From NCBI GenBank assembly GCA_958295905.1, contig OY282382.1, positions 5,812,367-5,876,366 of the forward strand: a DNA stretch of 64,000 bases. Direction: 5' to 3'. Of the stretch, positions 27,603 to 37,172 are shown piece after piece (positions within the stretch are counted from its first letter, which is position 1; every line of letters begins with the position of its first letter). Origin of the DNA: an uncultured Vicinamibacterales bacterium. Lineage in GTDB: Bacteria; Acidobacteriota; Vicinamibacteria; Vicinamibacterales; UBA8438. The notes below the pieces were generated by a model that was not told the origin of the DNA, searched no databases, and saw only the letters and a program-made list of their open reading frames with translations. A program made the position numbers and the translations under genes.

Positions 27603-28865
27603 TCAACCGCGGGCTTCGGCCGCCTCCTCCAGCAGCGGCAGAACTGCGGCGGCCGCATCCGCCATCATACGGGTCAGGTACGCGTCATCGCTCCGCCGGC
27701 CGGGGTAGTGCAGACTGGACCCGGCGTCGAGCAGCAGGCGCACGACCTCGACGTAGGCATCGGTCCGGTCCCGCGCGCCGCCGGAATAGCGCGAGCCGTG
27801 GACCGCCCACCCGAGCGGCGAGCTGTCGTGGGTCGCGTCGAACACGTCGAGCGCCGCGCCGGCGTCCAGCAGCAGCCGGGCGTTCTCCGGTTGGCCGAAC
27901 CAGGCAGCCTGATGCAGGGGAGTCCCCGCGTCGAGCCCCGTCGCCGAGAGGTCCGCGCCGGCGGCGATGAGCAGGGCAACCGGGGCGGCGCCGGGGCACC
28001 CGGCGACGTCGGCGAGCAGGCGGTCTTCCTCGGGATTGCCGGTGCGCGCGCACCCGGGATGCGCCTCCAGCAGGCGCCCCGCCTCGTCGAGACGCCCGCC
28101 GACGACGGCGACGGCCAGCCGATCGGCGGGCGCGAGGGTGGTGTCGGCCCCGCGCTCCGCCAGCAGCCCCACCAGTTCGGAGAACCCGCGGCGCGCCGCG
28201 TGGGCGTACGCGGTCTTCCCTCCCGAGGTGCGCGCATCGACGTCGGCGCCGTGGTCCAGCAGACGCCGCACCGCGGCGGTGCGCCGGCGCCGCGCCGCCA
28301 CGTGGAGCGCGGTCTCGGCCGCCGCCCCGGCGCGCGCCGTCAGGTCCGCTCCCGCTTCCAGCCGGCGCGCGAGCTCCGCGTCGCCGTCCGGACCGTAGTC
28401 GTCGTCCAGCAACGCGTGCAGGCCCGGCTCGGCCTGCGGCCGGCCGGGGGCGATGCCCATCTGCGCGAACACCGCAAGATTGTCCCACTCTGCCCACGCC
28501 TCGACGAGACGTCCCGCTTCGAGCCGGTAGACGGCGAGAAAGCGGACCCGCACCGGCCGGCCGGTCGGGGGATGGTCGCCGAACGGGCCGGTCTGGGCAC
28601 CCGTCAGCAGATGGCGCGCGGCCACCCGGTCGCCCTCGGCGACGAGCGCCTCGACCGTCTCCTGCGCGTCGGGGAAAGTCAAGCACTCGTTGCGGAGGAA
28701 CCACTTGAGATCGTCCCGGCTGCGCACCCCCGGCTCGCCGGCCGCGTCGCTGTGCCGCACGAACTCCGGAGACACCAAGTGGTCGAGCGCGTCCCAGTCC
28801 CGGGCGTTGACGGCATCGACGAATGCCCGGACGATTCGCTTGTTGCGCTCCAGGTCGCTCATCAT
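27603..28865 (-). CDS. SnoaL-like (ester cyclase) domain + ankyrin-repeat protein
   Basis: N-terminal NKRIVRAFVDAVNARDWDAL...VEAWAEWD, followed by repeated G.T.LH.AA..G....V.LLL..GAD units. Confidence 0.8.
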   Translation of the reverse strand: MMSDLERNKRIVRAFVDAVNARDWDALDHLVSPEFVRHSDAAGEPGVRSRDDLKWFLRNECLTFPDAQETVEALVAEGDRVAARHLLTGAQTGPFGDHPPTGRPVRVRFLAVYRLEAGRLVEAWAEWDNLAVFAQMGIAPGRPQAEPGLHALLDDDYGPDGDAELARRLEAGADLTARAGAAAETALHVAARRRRTAAVRRLLDHGADVDARTSGGKTAYAHAARRGFSELVGLLAERGADTTLAPADRLAVAVVGGRLDEAGRLLEAHPGCARTGNPEEDRLLADVAGCPGAAPVALLIAAGADLSATGLDAGTPLHQAAWFGQPENARLLLDAGAALDVFDATHDSSPLGWAVHGSRYSGGARDRTDAYVEVVRLLLDAGSSLHYPGRRSDDAYLTRMMADAAAAVLPLLEEAAEARG

Positions 28866-28898
28866 TCTTCCGACGCGCGCGGGGGAACGGAACCTCCT

Positions 28899-29190
28899 TC
28901 AGGAACGCGCGGGCGTACCGGACGGCTCAATCGGGTCGCGGCCCGGCAAGCCGAGGTGCGGCGCCGCCCGAAGCAGGCACCTGTCGTGGCCGCAGATTTC
29001 CGTGAATCCGTGCGCCCGGGCGGAGAGCAGATGCACGGCGTCACCGGTTCGCAGAAACGCATGGCGGAGCAGATTCCTGAACGGGTCCGCAACCGCTTCG
29101 ACGACGGCCGACGACAGCGGAATCCACGCCCGGAGCTTCTCCGACTCGTCCACGTTCAATTGCCGTAGCACGACGAACAACGCAGTCAGG
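28899..29190 (-). pseudogene. PIN-domain (VapC-like) gene lacking its N-terminus
   Basis: DAVHLLSARAHGFTEICGHDRCLLRAAPHLGL resembles a PIN C-terminal half. Upstream sequence is replaced by MITE-A-derived sequence. Confidence 0.4.
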
Positions 29191-29297
29191 CGCGATGCAT
29201 CGCCGCTCGAAGGCGGCGGGAACTCTCGCCACGGGCTTCCGGGGAGCCGCCGCCGCCGCCCGGCGGGGCGGTGCCGTTCTACGGCCCGGCCCCCTAC

Positions 29298-29362
29298 CAG
29301 TCCGCGGCAGAAGTCGTGCTGCATCCGGCCGGGGCCGTATTCGGCCCAAACGTGTCGTACAG
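29298..29362 (-). mobile_element. Partial MITE-like element, family A (one end, ~65 bp)
   Basis: cagtccgcggcagaagtcgtgctgcatccgg...gtgtcgtacagc matches the reverse complement of 41711-41775 and is preceded by ctac. A weaker opposite-end match is at ~29195-29237. Confidence 0.6.
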
Positions 29363-29372
29363 CCACGAGCCC

Positions 29373-29500
29373 CTACACAAGATAGCGGGCCACCGCCGCC
29401 TCGTCCCAGTCCATGCCGAGACCGGGACCGCGCGCGGTGACCGAGCCGTCCACCACCCGCGGCGGGGCGGCGAGGACGGCGCCGGCCAGATCCAGATACT
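29373..29500 (-). pseudogene. C-terminal remnant of an enolase-superfamily (mandelate racemase-like) gene, truncated by an IS
   Basis: The tail ...VTARGPGLGMDWDEAAVARYLV* abuts the IS inverted repeat at 29501. Confidence 0.45.
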
Positions 29501-31943
29501 CTAGGTCTGCCCTTGCCCCAGATCTCTCCGGCTGAAAGATCACCCGTATTCGTCCCTCAGTTCGAAGGCGAAGACCATGGCGGCGAGCTGGGTGTAGCCG
29601 TGCCACAGGAGTTGCGCGCCGGGCGGGGCGCGGCGGCGCCCGAGCCAGCCGCCGAGGCGCCCGACCAGTTCGACGGCGTCGCCGAGGCGGGTCGGGGGCG
29701 GCAGCTGGCGCGAGTGGGCGAAGACCGCGAGCACACGCAACTCGTCGTCGGAGAACAGCAGGTCGCCCGGCAGGTCGGGCACCTCGCGCCCGAGCTGGAC
29801 CATCAACTGGATCCGCCACCCGATGACCATCTTGATCGCCATGGCCCGTTCGAGCCGCTCGGCCTTGTGGTGCTGCAGCTCCTCGACCTTGCAGCCGGAC
29901 TTGAGGACCCGGAAGTACTCTTCGATGCGCCAGCGCAGCGCATACCAGTGCAGGACCCGCACGGCGTCGGCCGTGCCGGTCACGGGCAGCGTGGTCAGCA
30001 CGAACCACTCCAGCGGCTTGACCCCGGGCGGCGGCTGTTCCTCGCGCGCATGGACGACGAACAGGTTGACCGGTTCGGCGCCGGAGCACGGCAGCGCCAC
30101 CGGCTGGTAGCGCAGGGTCACGTCGGCGTCGCGGGCCGCACGGCGGTCCTTGCGGGCCTGTTTGCTGGCCTTCACCCGCGCGCTCAGCCGCCGCACCTCG
30201 ACGGTGGCGGCGCCGCGGGCCGGCGCGTTGCGCACCTCCTCGAACAGGCGGCGGGAGACCGTCCGCCCGTCGGCGGTCTCCTCCTTGCCGAGGACCCGGT
30301 CGACCTTCGCGCGGACCAGCAGTTCGACCTGCGGGGCGTGCGTCCGGCGCTCGATGAACAGGTCCAGGAAGTCGGCCTCGCGGTCCATCGTGCACACCAC
30401 GCGGGTCTCCGGCAGGCGTTCGGCCGCCGCCGCGCAGTCGCGCAGCCCCTCGACCCAGCGGAACGACTTCCGTTCCTCTCGCGGCTTCGGCTTGCCTTTC
30501 TCCCCGGGATTCCGGAACTCGGGCGCGTCGAACGCGGCCCGCAGGACGCCCAGGGACACCCCGTCGGGATTGACGGCCAGGGTCGTGTGCAACTCCAGGC
30601 CGCGGGCCACCGCGCCGGTCTGATTCGAGCCGAGGGCCCCCAGGCCCTCCGTCCGGCTGTGCCGGGTGAAGTTCAGGCTGGTGCCGTCCTGGATGCACAA
30701 CACCGTGTCGTGCCCGCGCATCCGGCGCAGCGTGCGCCCGCGGTGGGGCTCGAGAATGTTCTCGACCGTCACCGCGCTTTCGGCGGGTTGGTCGATCAGC
30801 CGGTAATGGCCCTTGACCAAGGCTCTCAATCCGTTCGCGGCCCCGGTGATGGCGCGCATCGGAGACTCGGCCATCTGCTGCGCGCTCAGAACCAGGCGCG
30901 CGCTCCGGCGCGCGTCGCCCAGCCGCGCCCCGCCGAACTCGTGGCCCGCCCAGGACTCGGCGTCGAGCCCGTCGCCGACCGCGAGCGGCGGCACGTCCGG
31001 CGGCGGCGACGCGAGGCGGGCGCGCGCCCCCGGCTCCAACGCGTACATATACACGGCTTTGCGCGTTTCGGGGGCCGCGCAGGTGCGGTCCTGCCGTCCG
31101 CGCCCGCAGGTCTCACCCACCCGCATCCAGTTCGCCGCCCGCACGCTCGTGCCCGGATGTTCGGTCTCGTCGACGAACGTCTCCAGCAGCCAGGGCCGAT
31201 AGCCGTGGAGGCGCTCGAAGTCGTCGCCGACCACCCGGGTGACCCGGCCCAGCACGTGGGAGGCCAAGTTGCGGCACGAGAGGCCGGGGCGCACCAGCAG
31301 CCGGCACAGTCCCAGCACCCGGTGCAGGTAGTCGCCCCGGCGCTTCTCGTCCCAGCCGATCCAGGCGTCGCGGGCCCGCAGGCGCCGCGCACTCGCGGCG
31401 AACCCGACGCCGCCCAGCCAGCCGTGCCCGGAACCCACCAGATACCGCAGTTGAGGGCCGACAAAAGGTCCGGCGCCGCGCGGGTGCTCGTCCGCCATCA
31501 GCGTATTCCACACCCGGCGGTGTTCGTCGGTCTCCACCAGCACCAGGGTCAGTTCCCGAACCTCATCGACCGTGCCGGGCACGTCCACGGCCGGCGCGAC
31601 CGGGTGCGGGAGCACCCGCGGGCGGCGTCCACCGCCGCCCGCGGGGCGACCCGGCGGAAGCGCGACTTGGCCCGCCGCCTCGAGGGCGGCCAACGCCGAG
31701 GCGCAGCTCGCGCGCTGCCACCGGCCACGCCCATCGCGGAAATCGAACGCTTCACACACGCGGTCGGCGACCTGCCCGCGGCTGCCGATGCCCTGCGCCA
31801 CCGCGCTCCCCAGCACATCGCGCAGGCGGGCGAGGTTGTCCCGCAGCCTCCGCATGACTTGATTCTGAATCTTCATGCCCGCCACGGTAGCGAAGTGGCC
31901 TCATGAAGTTCAGTGAAAAGTTCTGGGGCAAGGGCAGAGCTAG
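29501..31943 (-). mobile_element. IS4-family (Tn5/IS50-like) insertion sequence, 2443 bp
   Basis: 22-bp terminal inverted repeats ctaggtctgcccttgccccaga (29501-29522) and ctagctctgcccttgccccaga (reverse complement of 31922-31943), with 1 mismatch. No flanking direct repeat. Confidence 0.85.
29540..31885 (-). CDS. Tn5-like DDE transposase with DUF4338-like N-terminal domain
   Basis: 781-aa ORF. N-terminal GPQLRYLVGS..GWLGG.GF..SARRL..RD.WIGW...R...L..V. C-terminal VCTMDREADF and YALRWRIEEYFRVLKSGC. Confidence 0.85.
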   Translation of the reverse strand: MAGMKIQNQVMRRLRDNLARLRDVLGSAVAQGIGSRGQVADRVCEAFDFRDGRGRWQRASCASALAALEAAGQVALPPGRPAGGGGRRPRVLPHPVAPAVDVPGTVDEVRELTLVLVETDEHRRVWNTLMADEHPRGAGPFVGPQLRYLVGSGHGWLGGVGFAASARRLRARDAWIGWDEKRRGDYLHRVLGLCRLLVRPGLSCRNLASHVLGRVTRVVGDDFERLHGYRPWLLETFVDETEHPGTSVRAANWMRVGETCGRGRQDRTCAAPETRKAVYMYALEPGARARLASPPPDVPPLAVGDGLDAESWAGHEFGGARLGDARRSARLVLSAQQMAESPMRAITGAANGLRALVKGHYRLIDQPAESAVTVENILEPHRGRTLRRMRGHDTVLCIQDGTSLNFTRHSRTEGLGALGSNQTGAVARGLELHTTLAVNPDGVSLGVLRAAFDAPEFRNPGEKGKPKPREERKSFRWVEGLRDCAAAAERLPETRVVCTMDREADFLDLFIERRTHAPQVELLVRAKVDRVLGKEETADGRTVSRRLFEEVRNAPARGAATVEVRRLSARVKASKQARKDRRAARDADVTLRYQPVALPCSGAEPVNLFVVHAREEQPPPGVKPLEWFVLTTLPVTGTADAVRVLHWYALRWRIEEYFRVLKSGCKVEELQHHKAERLERAMAIKMVIGWRIQLMVQLGREVPDLPGDLLFSDDELRVLAVFAHSRQLPPPTRLGDAVELVGRLGGWLGRRRAPPGAQLLWHGYTQLAAMVFAFELRDEYG

Positions 31944-32523
31944 GCACCCCCCCGGCAGCCCGGCGGGGGCGCGCCGCCTAGCGCTTCCGGTCCTTCTCGG
32001 TCTTCAGAGCCTCGTCCAGCGCCTCGCGCCGACGGCCGCGGCGACGGTCCGGGCCACGGTTGCCCAGCGCGGCGGTCGGCGCCGCGACGGCCGTGATGGT
32101 GGGCAGTCGCCATTCCCGCTTCCCCTCCCGGGACCGCTTGACCGGCCGGCCGGCCCCGTCCCGGCCGCGCTTCGGCTCCATCGCGGGCAACGGGAACTCG
32201 TTCTTCTCACGGGCCTGACGGCGATCAACCCGGCGCTGGACGCGGATGCCTCCGTGCTCCCGTTCCCACTTCTCGGCACAAGCCGACAGGATCATGTATG
32301 CTATGCACTGAATGGCAGCACCACCCACCCCATCGACGCCGTGGAGGCGCACGTCCGGACCGACATCAGCCGGCTGGACGACCGCCTGCGCAGCGTCGAA
32401 GTCGCGTTCGGGGGAAGGTCGATCAGCGGCTCGCCACGCTGGAGCGGCTTCACCTGCCGACACCCGTCCGCGGACTGACCGGCCCGGTTGACCAATTTAG
32501 GTCAGGACCAGAGGGAGCCAAGC

Positions 32524-33204
32524 ATGCACAGATCCGTACTGGCGGCGTCGGCGTTCGTTGTGGCGGTCGGTGCACCCGCGACGGCGCAGATCCTGCGAGC
32601 ATTGACGGTAGTGGGAATGGTGGTGTCGTTGTGCAGTCCGGCGGCGGCGCAAGCGGAGTCGATCCGGGGCTCGGCGGAACGGTATGCGGCGACCGTCCAG
32701 CCCGTCGGCCCCGAAGTCCGTGTCCGATCCTGGGTACGGACGTGGAGCGGGGTCGGGATAGCCTGGGCGGGGGTGGTTGTGGCGGCATCCGGGACGGAAT
32801 GCCGCGTGTTCGGCGAGTTTCAAACCGAACGCACGCGGGTGTACGACTCCGATATCGGTTGGATCAACCTCCGGTATTCCGGGTCCGACCCCGTACTGGA
32901 CACGAATACCTGTGAATTGGACGACTTTTCGATCAGTCTGGAAGCGACGGCCCTCGGCTACACGGTCTCAGACGATGTTTTAGCATCCGACGCCGGATCG
33001 GCATCCGATCGGGCAGTGGTGCGCAGCGTTCAAGCGGACGTGGAAGGGCGGAGGGTGCCTAACGCGATCATGTACAGTGGCCTGGGCATCATGGCGGCTG
33101 GAGTGCTGTTGGCTACGGTCTGGGCCGATGTGCCGGCGGCGGAATCTCTGTCTGTTACCCCGCTCCGCGGCGGCGGTGCGGTCAGTTTTTCGATTGGGTT
33201 CTAG
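32524..33204 (+). CDS. Hypothetical exported/membrane protein
   Basis: Met 32524 is preceded by gagggag. Signal-like MHRSVLAASAFVVAVGAPATA and C-terminal helix AIMYSGLGIMAAGVLLATVWA. The stop codon lies in the CTAG flanking the MITE. Confidence 0.55.
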   Translation: MHRSVLAASAFVVAVGAPATAQILRALTVVGMVVSLCSPAAAQAESIRGSAERYAATVQPVGPEVRVRSWVRTWSGVGIAWAGVVVAASGTECRVFGEFQTERTRVYDSDIGWINLRYSGSDPVLDTNTCELDDFSISLEATALGYTVSDDVLASDAGSASDRAVVRSVQADVEGRRVPNAIMYSGLGIMAAGVLLATVWADVPAAESLSVTPLRGGGAVSFSIGF

Positions 33205-33317
33205 GAGTCTGCGCCGCAGAAAATTATGACCACCATATGTTGCGCAAGAGCCAGCGATTTACCGCTACATATTGTAGCAGATCGGACCCAAAACCGTTCT
33301 GCGGCGCAGACTCCTAG
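33201..33317. mobile_element. MITE-like element, family B
   Basis: Perfect 17-bp inverted repeats GAGTCTGCGCCGCAGAA flanked on both sides by CTAG (21-bp perfect palindromic arms including CTAG). The core is ~75 bp and AT-richer. Confidence 0.8.
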
Positions 33318-33447
33318 CCCCGCCTTGCCCGCTGGTGGTCAGACTACCAGCGGGCGCTTCCGTCCGTGAGGCGGCGCAAGTGCAAAGCGTTCGCCAGCGG
33401 TCCCCCAATTGGGGGAAGGTCGGGCCCGCCCGCCAGCCAGCCCGCTC

Positions 33448-33730
33448 TTACAGGAACCTGGCCACGGCACCTCGTTCAGCCTTCACTCCGGCGGCGTAGT
33501 GCGCGACCATCCGCGCCGTGGCCCAGCCGGCGGCGAGCATCACGTCAGCGGTGGAAGCGCCGCTCACCACGAGCTCGCTGGCCAGCCCCACGCGCCCGCT
33601 GTGCGCCGTCCGGCGCCCCTCGATGCCGGCGGCCCGGGCGGCCGTGGTGAGGCGGCGTCCGACGGCGGCCGGCGTCAACGGCACGACCCGGGCGGCGAGG
33701 TCGTCGCCGGCGTCGGCGCGCAGGCTCTGG
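33448..33730 (-). pseudogene. C-terminal remnant of a tyrosine recombinase/integrase
   Basis: ...LTPAAVGRRLTTAARAAGIEGRRTAHSGRVGLASELVVSGAS..DVMLAGGW...MVAHY matches the integrase C-terminal box II region. Confidence 0.65.
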
Positions 33731-34490
33731 ATCGCGGTGGCTTCAGCTTCGGGAAAGCATGCTGAATCTCGCCGCGGTCGTCGTGCGGCAGCGCCGCGAC
33801 CAGGGCCGCGACCAAACGCTGAAGGTCGGGGTCCTGCCCGATCGCCTTCAGCACGAGATCCGCCAGCCGCAACCGGAGATCGCGCCGGCGTTCGAGCTGG
33901 CGCCGGTTGTTCTCCGCTGCCTGTTCTTCAAGTCTCTGAATCCTGGTGGGATTGGCCATCCGGGAAGCGTACCGGGGCAAGGTCGGCCGGCGATTCGACG
34001 CGGATCACGGGCACCCGAAGAACCGGACTTCGGGACACCTGCGAGAAGACGCCTAGGATGCCCTGTACGGGCATTCCGGCACGGGACGGCTCAACTACCT
34101 GACGGGTCGGCGTTCGTTCAACAGGCGCGGGGCAATTCCCCATTTGGGGAAACGGGGCGTTCCGGCCGATACGCGGGGCATGGACCACTACCACGCTTGG
34201 TTGCGCAGCGGCCGAATCTACACGATGGCCAGCAGGAAGTTCACCGACCGCAGTACGGCCCGGAAGTGGGCGCAGCGCAAGCGCCCGGATGCCAACGACC
34301 GGATGGTACTGGCGTGCGGGACGTGCCCGACGTCGCGCCCGTCCCGCCGGCGCCCGATGCGCTGGGGGCAGGTGGCGCGCCGGATGGCAGCGCTCCTCGA
34401 TGCCGACCCGGGCCGGGTCCGCGCAGTCCTCGACGAGGCTGTCAAGGCCGAGCGGAACCGGTCGGCCGCGCCGTGATACCGTGCGGGGAT

Positions 34491-34877
34491 ATGGACACCG
34501 TCCTGCAGTGGCTCACGCTCGCCATCCTCATCGCCGTGTACACCGCGTTGCGGACGGACATCCGCAACATCGAGAGCCGCATCGACAAGCGATTCGACGC
34601 CGTCGACAAGCGATTCGACGCCGTCGACAAGCGATTCGACGGCGTGAACACGCGGATCGACGGCGTTGACAAGCGAATCGACGGCGTGAACGCGCGCCTC
34701 GACGGCGTGAACGCATCCGTGAACGCGCGCCTCGACGGCTTAAACGCATCCGTGAACGCGCGCCTCGACAACGCAGTCCGGGAGTTGCGGACCGACATCG
34801 CCGGCGTGAACGCGCGGATCGACGCCGTGTTGCTGGCCGACCGCGACCGCAACAGACAGGATCGGGGAGCCGCCTGA
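34491..34877 (+). CDS. N-terminal TM + coiled-coil repeat protein (paralog family)
   Basis: WLTLAILIAVYTAL is followed by RFDAVDK x3 and RIDGV/ARLDG heptad-like units. The nucleotide sequence has 21-bp tandem repeats. Confidence 0.6.
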   Translation: MDTVLQWLTLAILIAVYTALRTDIRNIESRIDKRFDAVDKRFDAVDKRFDGVNTRIDGVDKRIDGVNARLDGVNASVNARLDGLNASVNARLDNAVRELRTDIAGVNARIDAVLLADRDRNRQDRGAA

Positions 34878-35224
34878 TGGACGCCTTCATCCCGTGGGTC
34901 ACGCCCGCCGTCGTCCTCGCCGTGTTCGCGTGGATCCGCGCCGACATCCGCAGCTTCAAGACCGACATCAAAGCCGATCTGGGCGGTCGGATGGATCGGA
35001 TGGAGAAGCGGTTGAACGCCAGCATCGAGAGCCTCGACGCGCGGCTCACCGCCCGCATCGACGACGTCGACAAGCGCCTCGGCGCGCGCCTCGACGAACT
35101 CTCCAGCCGCGTCGAGAACCTCGGGGCGCAGGTCGGCGATCTCCGCGAACGGATGGCCAAGCTGGAAGGGTCGCTCGACGGCTTCATGGCCGGCTGGCGC
35201 GGCCGGGACCGAGACGCGGCTTGA
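34877..35224 (+). CDS. N-terminal TM + coiled-coil protein (paralog of 34491-34877)
   Basis: Start overlaps the upstream stop (TGATG). VTPAVVLAVFAWI is followed by a coiled-coil with D.R...L periodicity. Confidence 0.6.
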   Translation: MDAFIPWVTPAVVLAVFAWIRADIRSFKTDIKADLGGRMDRMEKRLNASIESLDARLTARIDDVDKRLGARLDELSSRVENLGAQVGDLRERMAKLEGSLDGFMAGWRGRDRDAA

Positions 35225-35829
35225 CCTCGATGCTCTTGCTCGCCGGCGGCCGCGTCCAGCAAGAGACAGGGGGAACCTCCGACCGACCGGGTCCGTCTAA
35301 AAGTAATACACGGGCTTGTCCCGCGCTACAGCACACGCCCCGCCAACGCGGGGATCAACCCACCCGGGCGGTGACCGAGAAAAAAACGGGCCGGGCGCAT
35401 GGAGCAGCGCCCCCCCCGCGGCCGTGCAGCCAGTGCGTGTCCGTCAGCCGCGAGTCCAGCGGCGGGTCCGCGAACTGCGGACCGACATCGCCGGCGTGAA
35501 CGCGCGGATCGACGCCGTGTTGCTGGCCGACCGCGACCGCGGAAAGCGGGACCGGGGAGCGGCCTGACGGGCCGCAGGTTGAGCCCACGCGCCGACCTCG
35601 ATGCGGGGGTCCGGGAACCTCGATGCGGGGGTCACGGGGAACCTCGATGCGGGGGGTCAACGCCTTCAGCGGAAGACGAATACCGGCGCGAAGCCCAGCC
35701 GGTTCAGGAGCTTGCGTTTTCCGCACTTCGCGGCATCCCCAATTCCGTGTGCAAGACGACCCGCGGTAGGGTCTCCGGAAGGCGTCCGACGACGCCACGA
35801 GGCAGGGCCGGATGGTCGGCGGGGAGGGT

Positions 35830-36357
35830 CTACAGCAACGCGGAGCACGCCCCGTGCACCTGTGACGGTACCGGGTCGCCGGCGATGGCCGTATGGCGGG
35901 AGTGCACGGCCACGTACCGGCGGTCGGTGTCCCACCACGCGAACACGGTCGTCGTCATGATGTTGCCGGTCGACGTTATCTCGACGAACGTCGCGCCGTT
36001 GGCCCCCATGATCGCGCCGAGCGAAGCCGAACCGGCGTTGCCGACCATCCGCGCCGTCCCGGCGGCGTAGTCGATGCTGTCGAATACGAAGTCCGTGCTG
36101 AAACCCTCGAAGCTGCACCGCAGGGTCCGGGCCGCCCGCAGGCGTTCGATGTCGCCCCGGCTCCCGCCGGCAGCGAAGGTGTTGGATGACTCATCCGACG
36201 AAAGGAAGCGGATGATACGAACCCCTACCCCTTCCGCCGCCTGCCCCAACCACGACTCGCATCCGCTGGCCTCGGCCGCGACCATCACCACGAAAAACAA
36301 GACGGCATATCCCAGCCACGCCTTCAGCCCGATCTTGTCGTCGGATTCCCTCGTCAT
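35830..36357 (-). CDS. Hypothetical membrane-anchored/exported protein
   Basis: 175-aa ORF with N-terminal helix LGYAVLFFVVMVAA. No recognised domain. Confidence 0.45.
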   Translation of the reverse strand: MTRESDDKIGLKAWLGYAVLFFVVMVAAEASGCESWLGQAAEGVGVRIIRFLSSDESSNTFAAGGSRGDIERLRAARTLRCSFEGFSTDFVFDSIDYAAGTARMVGNAGSASLGAIMGANGATFVEITSTGNIMTTTVFAWWDTDRRYVAVHSRHTAIAGDPVPSQVHGACSALL

Positions 36358-36440
36358 CGTCGCATCCCTTCAATCCGAATCGACCACGAGGTAGAGCCGG
36401 CTGGTCAGCCGCGCAGGACCGCGCCCGCCGAACCGCGACG

Positions 36441-36833
36441 TCAGTGCACCCGAGCAGGGCCGAGCTCGAAACAATCGAACCACAACATCCGCTCATCGCT
36501 GTTGGGGCGGACCGGCAGCCGATGATGGTGGAAACCGACCGCGCGAACCAGGTCGCCCCGGCGCAGCAACGCGGCATGCTCAACGTCGGCCGCTGGACCG
36601 TACAGCGTGCACCGGATGCGGGCACCGGCCGGGTAGGTGTCTACCTCGTCGGGGTCCCGCTCGACCAGCACGCTGACGACCGTCTCCGATACCCCGTCGC
36701 GGCGGCGCCGGCGCACGCGAACCGCGGCGTCGGCCGCGGCGCGTCCGGAGATCAGATACCGGCCGCCCGGCATGGTTCGGGGCAGCGGGGCGTCGTCGTT
36801 CCACGCGCCGGGCGCGGGGCCGGTATCGGGCAT
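36441..36833 (-). CDS. Hypothetical protein
   Basis: 130-aa ORF. No recognised domain. Codon usage looks coding. Confidence 0.4.
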   Translation of the reverse strand: MPDTGPAPGAWNDDAPLPRTMPGGRYLISGRAAADAAVRVRRRRRDGVSETVVSVLVERDPDEVDTYPAGARIRCTLYGPAADVEHAALLRRGDLVRAVGFHHHRLPVRPNSDERMLWFDCFELGPARVH

Positions 36834-36841
36834 CGTCTTCC

Positions 36842-37172
36842 TTACTGCGCCGGGGGCGCTTCGTGCAGCCGTTCCAGCGCCTCAAGCCGCTGGTCGACCT
36901 TGCCGATCGCCACCTCGACGGCGCGCAGCCGCTCGTCGAGCCGGCGCAGGTCTTCGCGGAACTCCGCCCGGAACTCGGCGAACCCGGATCGGAACTCCGT
37001 GCGGATCTCCGCGTGTTCCGCCCGGGACTCGGCCCGGACCCCGGCAATGTCCGCCGAGAGATCCGCCCGGACCGCGCGGATCTCGTCGCGGATCTCCGCG
37101 TGCTGAACGTGCATGAACCCCAGCACGACCAGCGCCGTTCCGATGAGCCACCGCGGTGTTGGTGTCAGGCAC
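36842..37172 (-). pseudogene. TM + coiled-coil paralog, probably frameshifted near its 5' end
   Basis: The MPDTNT start (GTG 37172) is followed by an extra G relative to the duplicate at 37440-37540. The coiled-coil body AEIRDEIRAVRADL...LRAVEVAIGKVDQRLEALERL is intact. Confidence 0.45.

Noticed and set aside
31978-32295. Small highly basic ORF (MILSACAEKWEREHGG...KTEKDRKR) next to the Tn5-like IS
   Set aside because: No recognisable family, strongly biased composition and an unclear start. It may be a remnant of the gene truncated by the IS.
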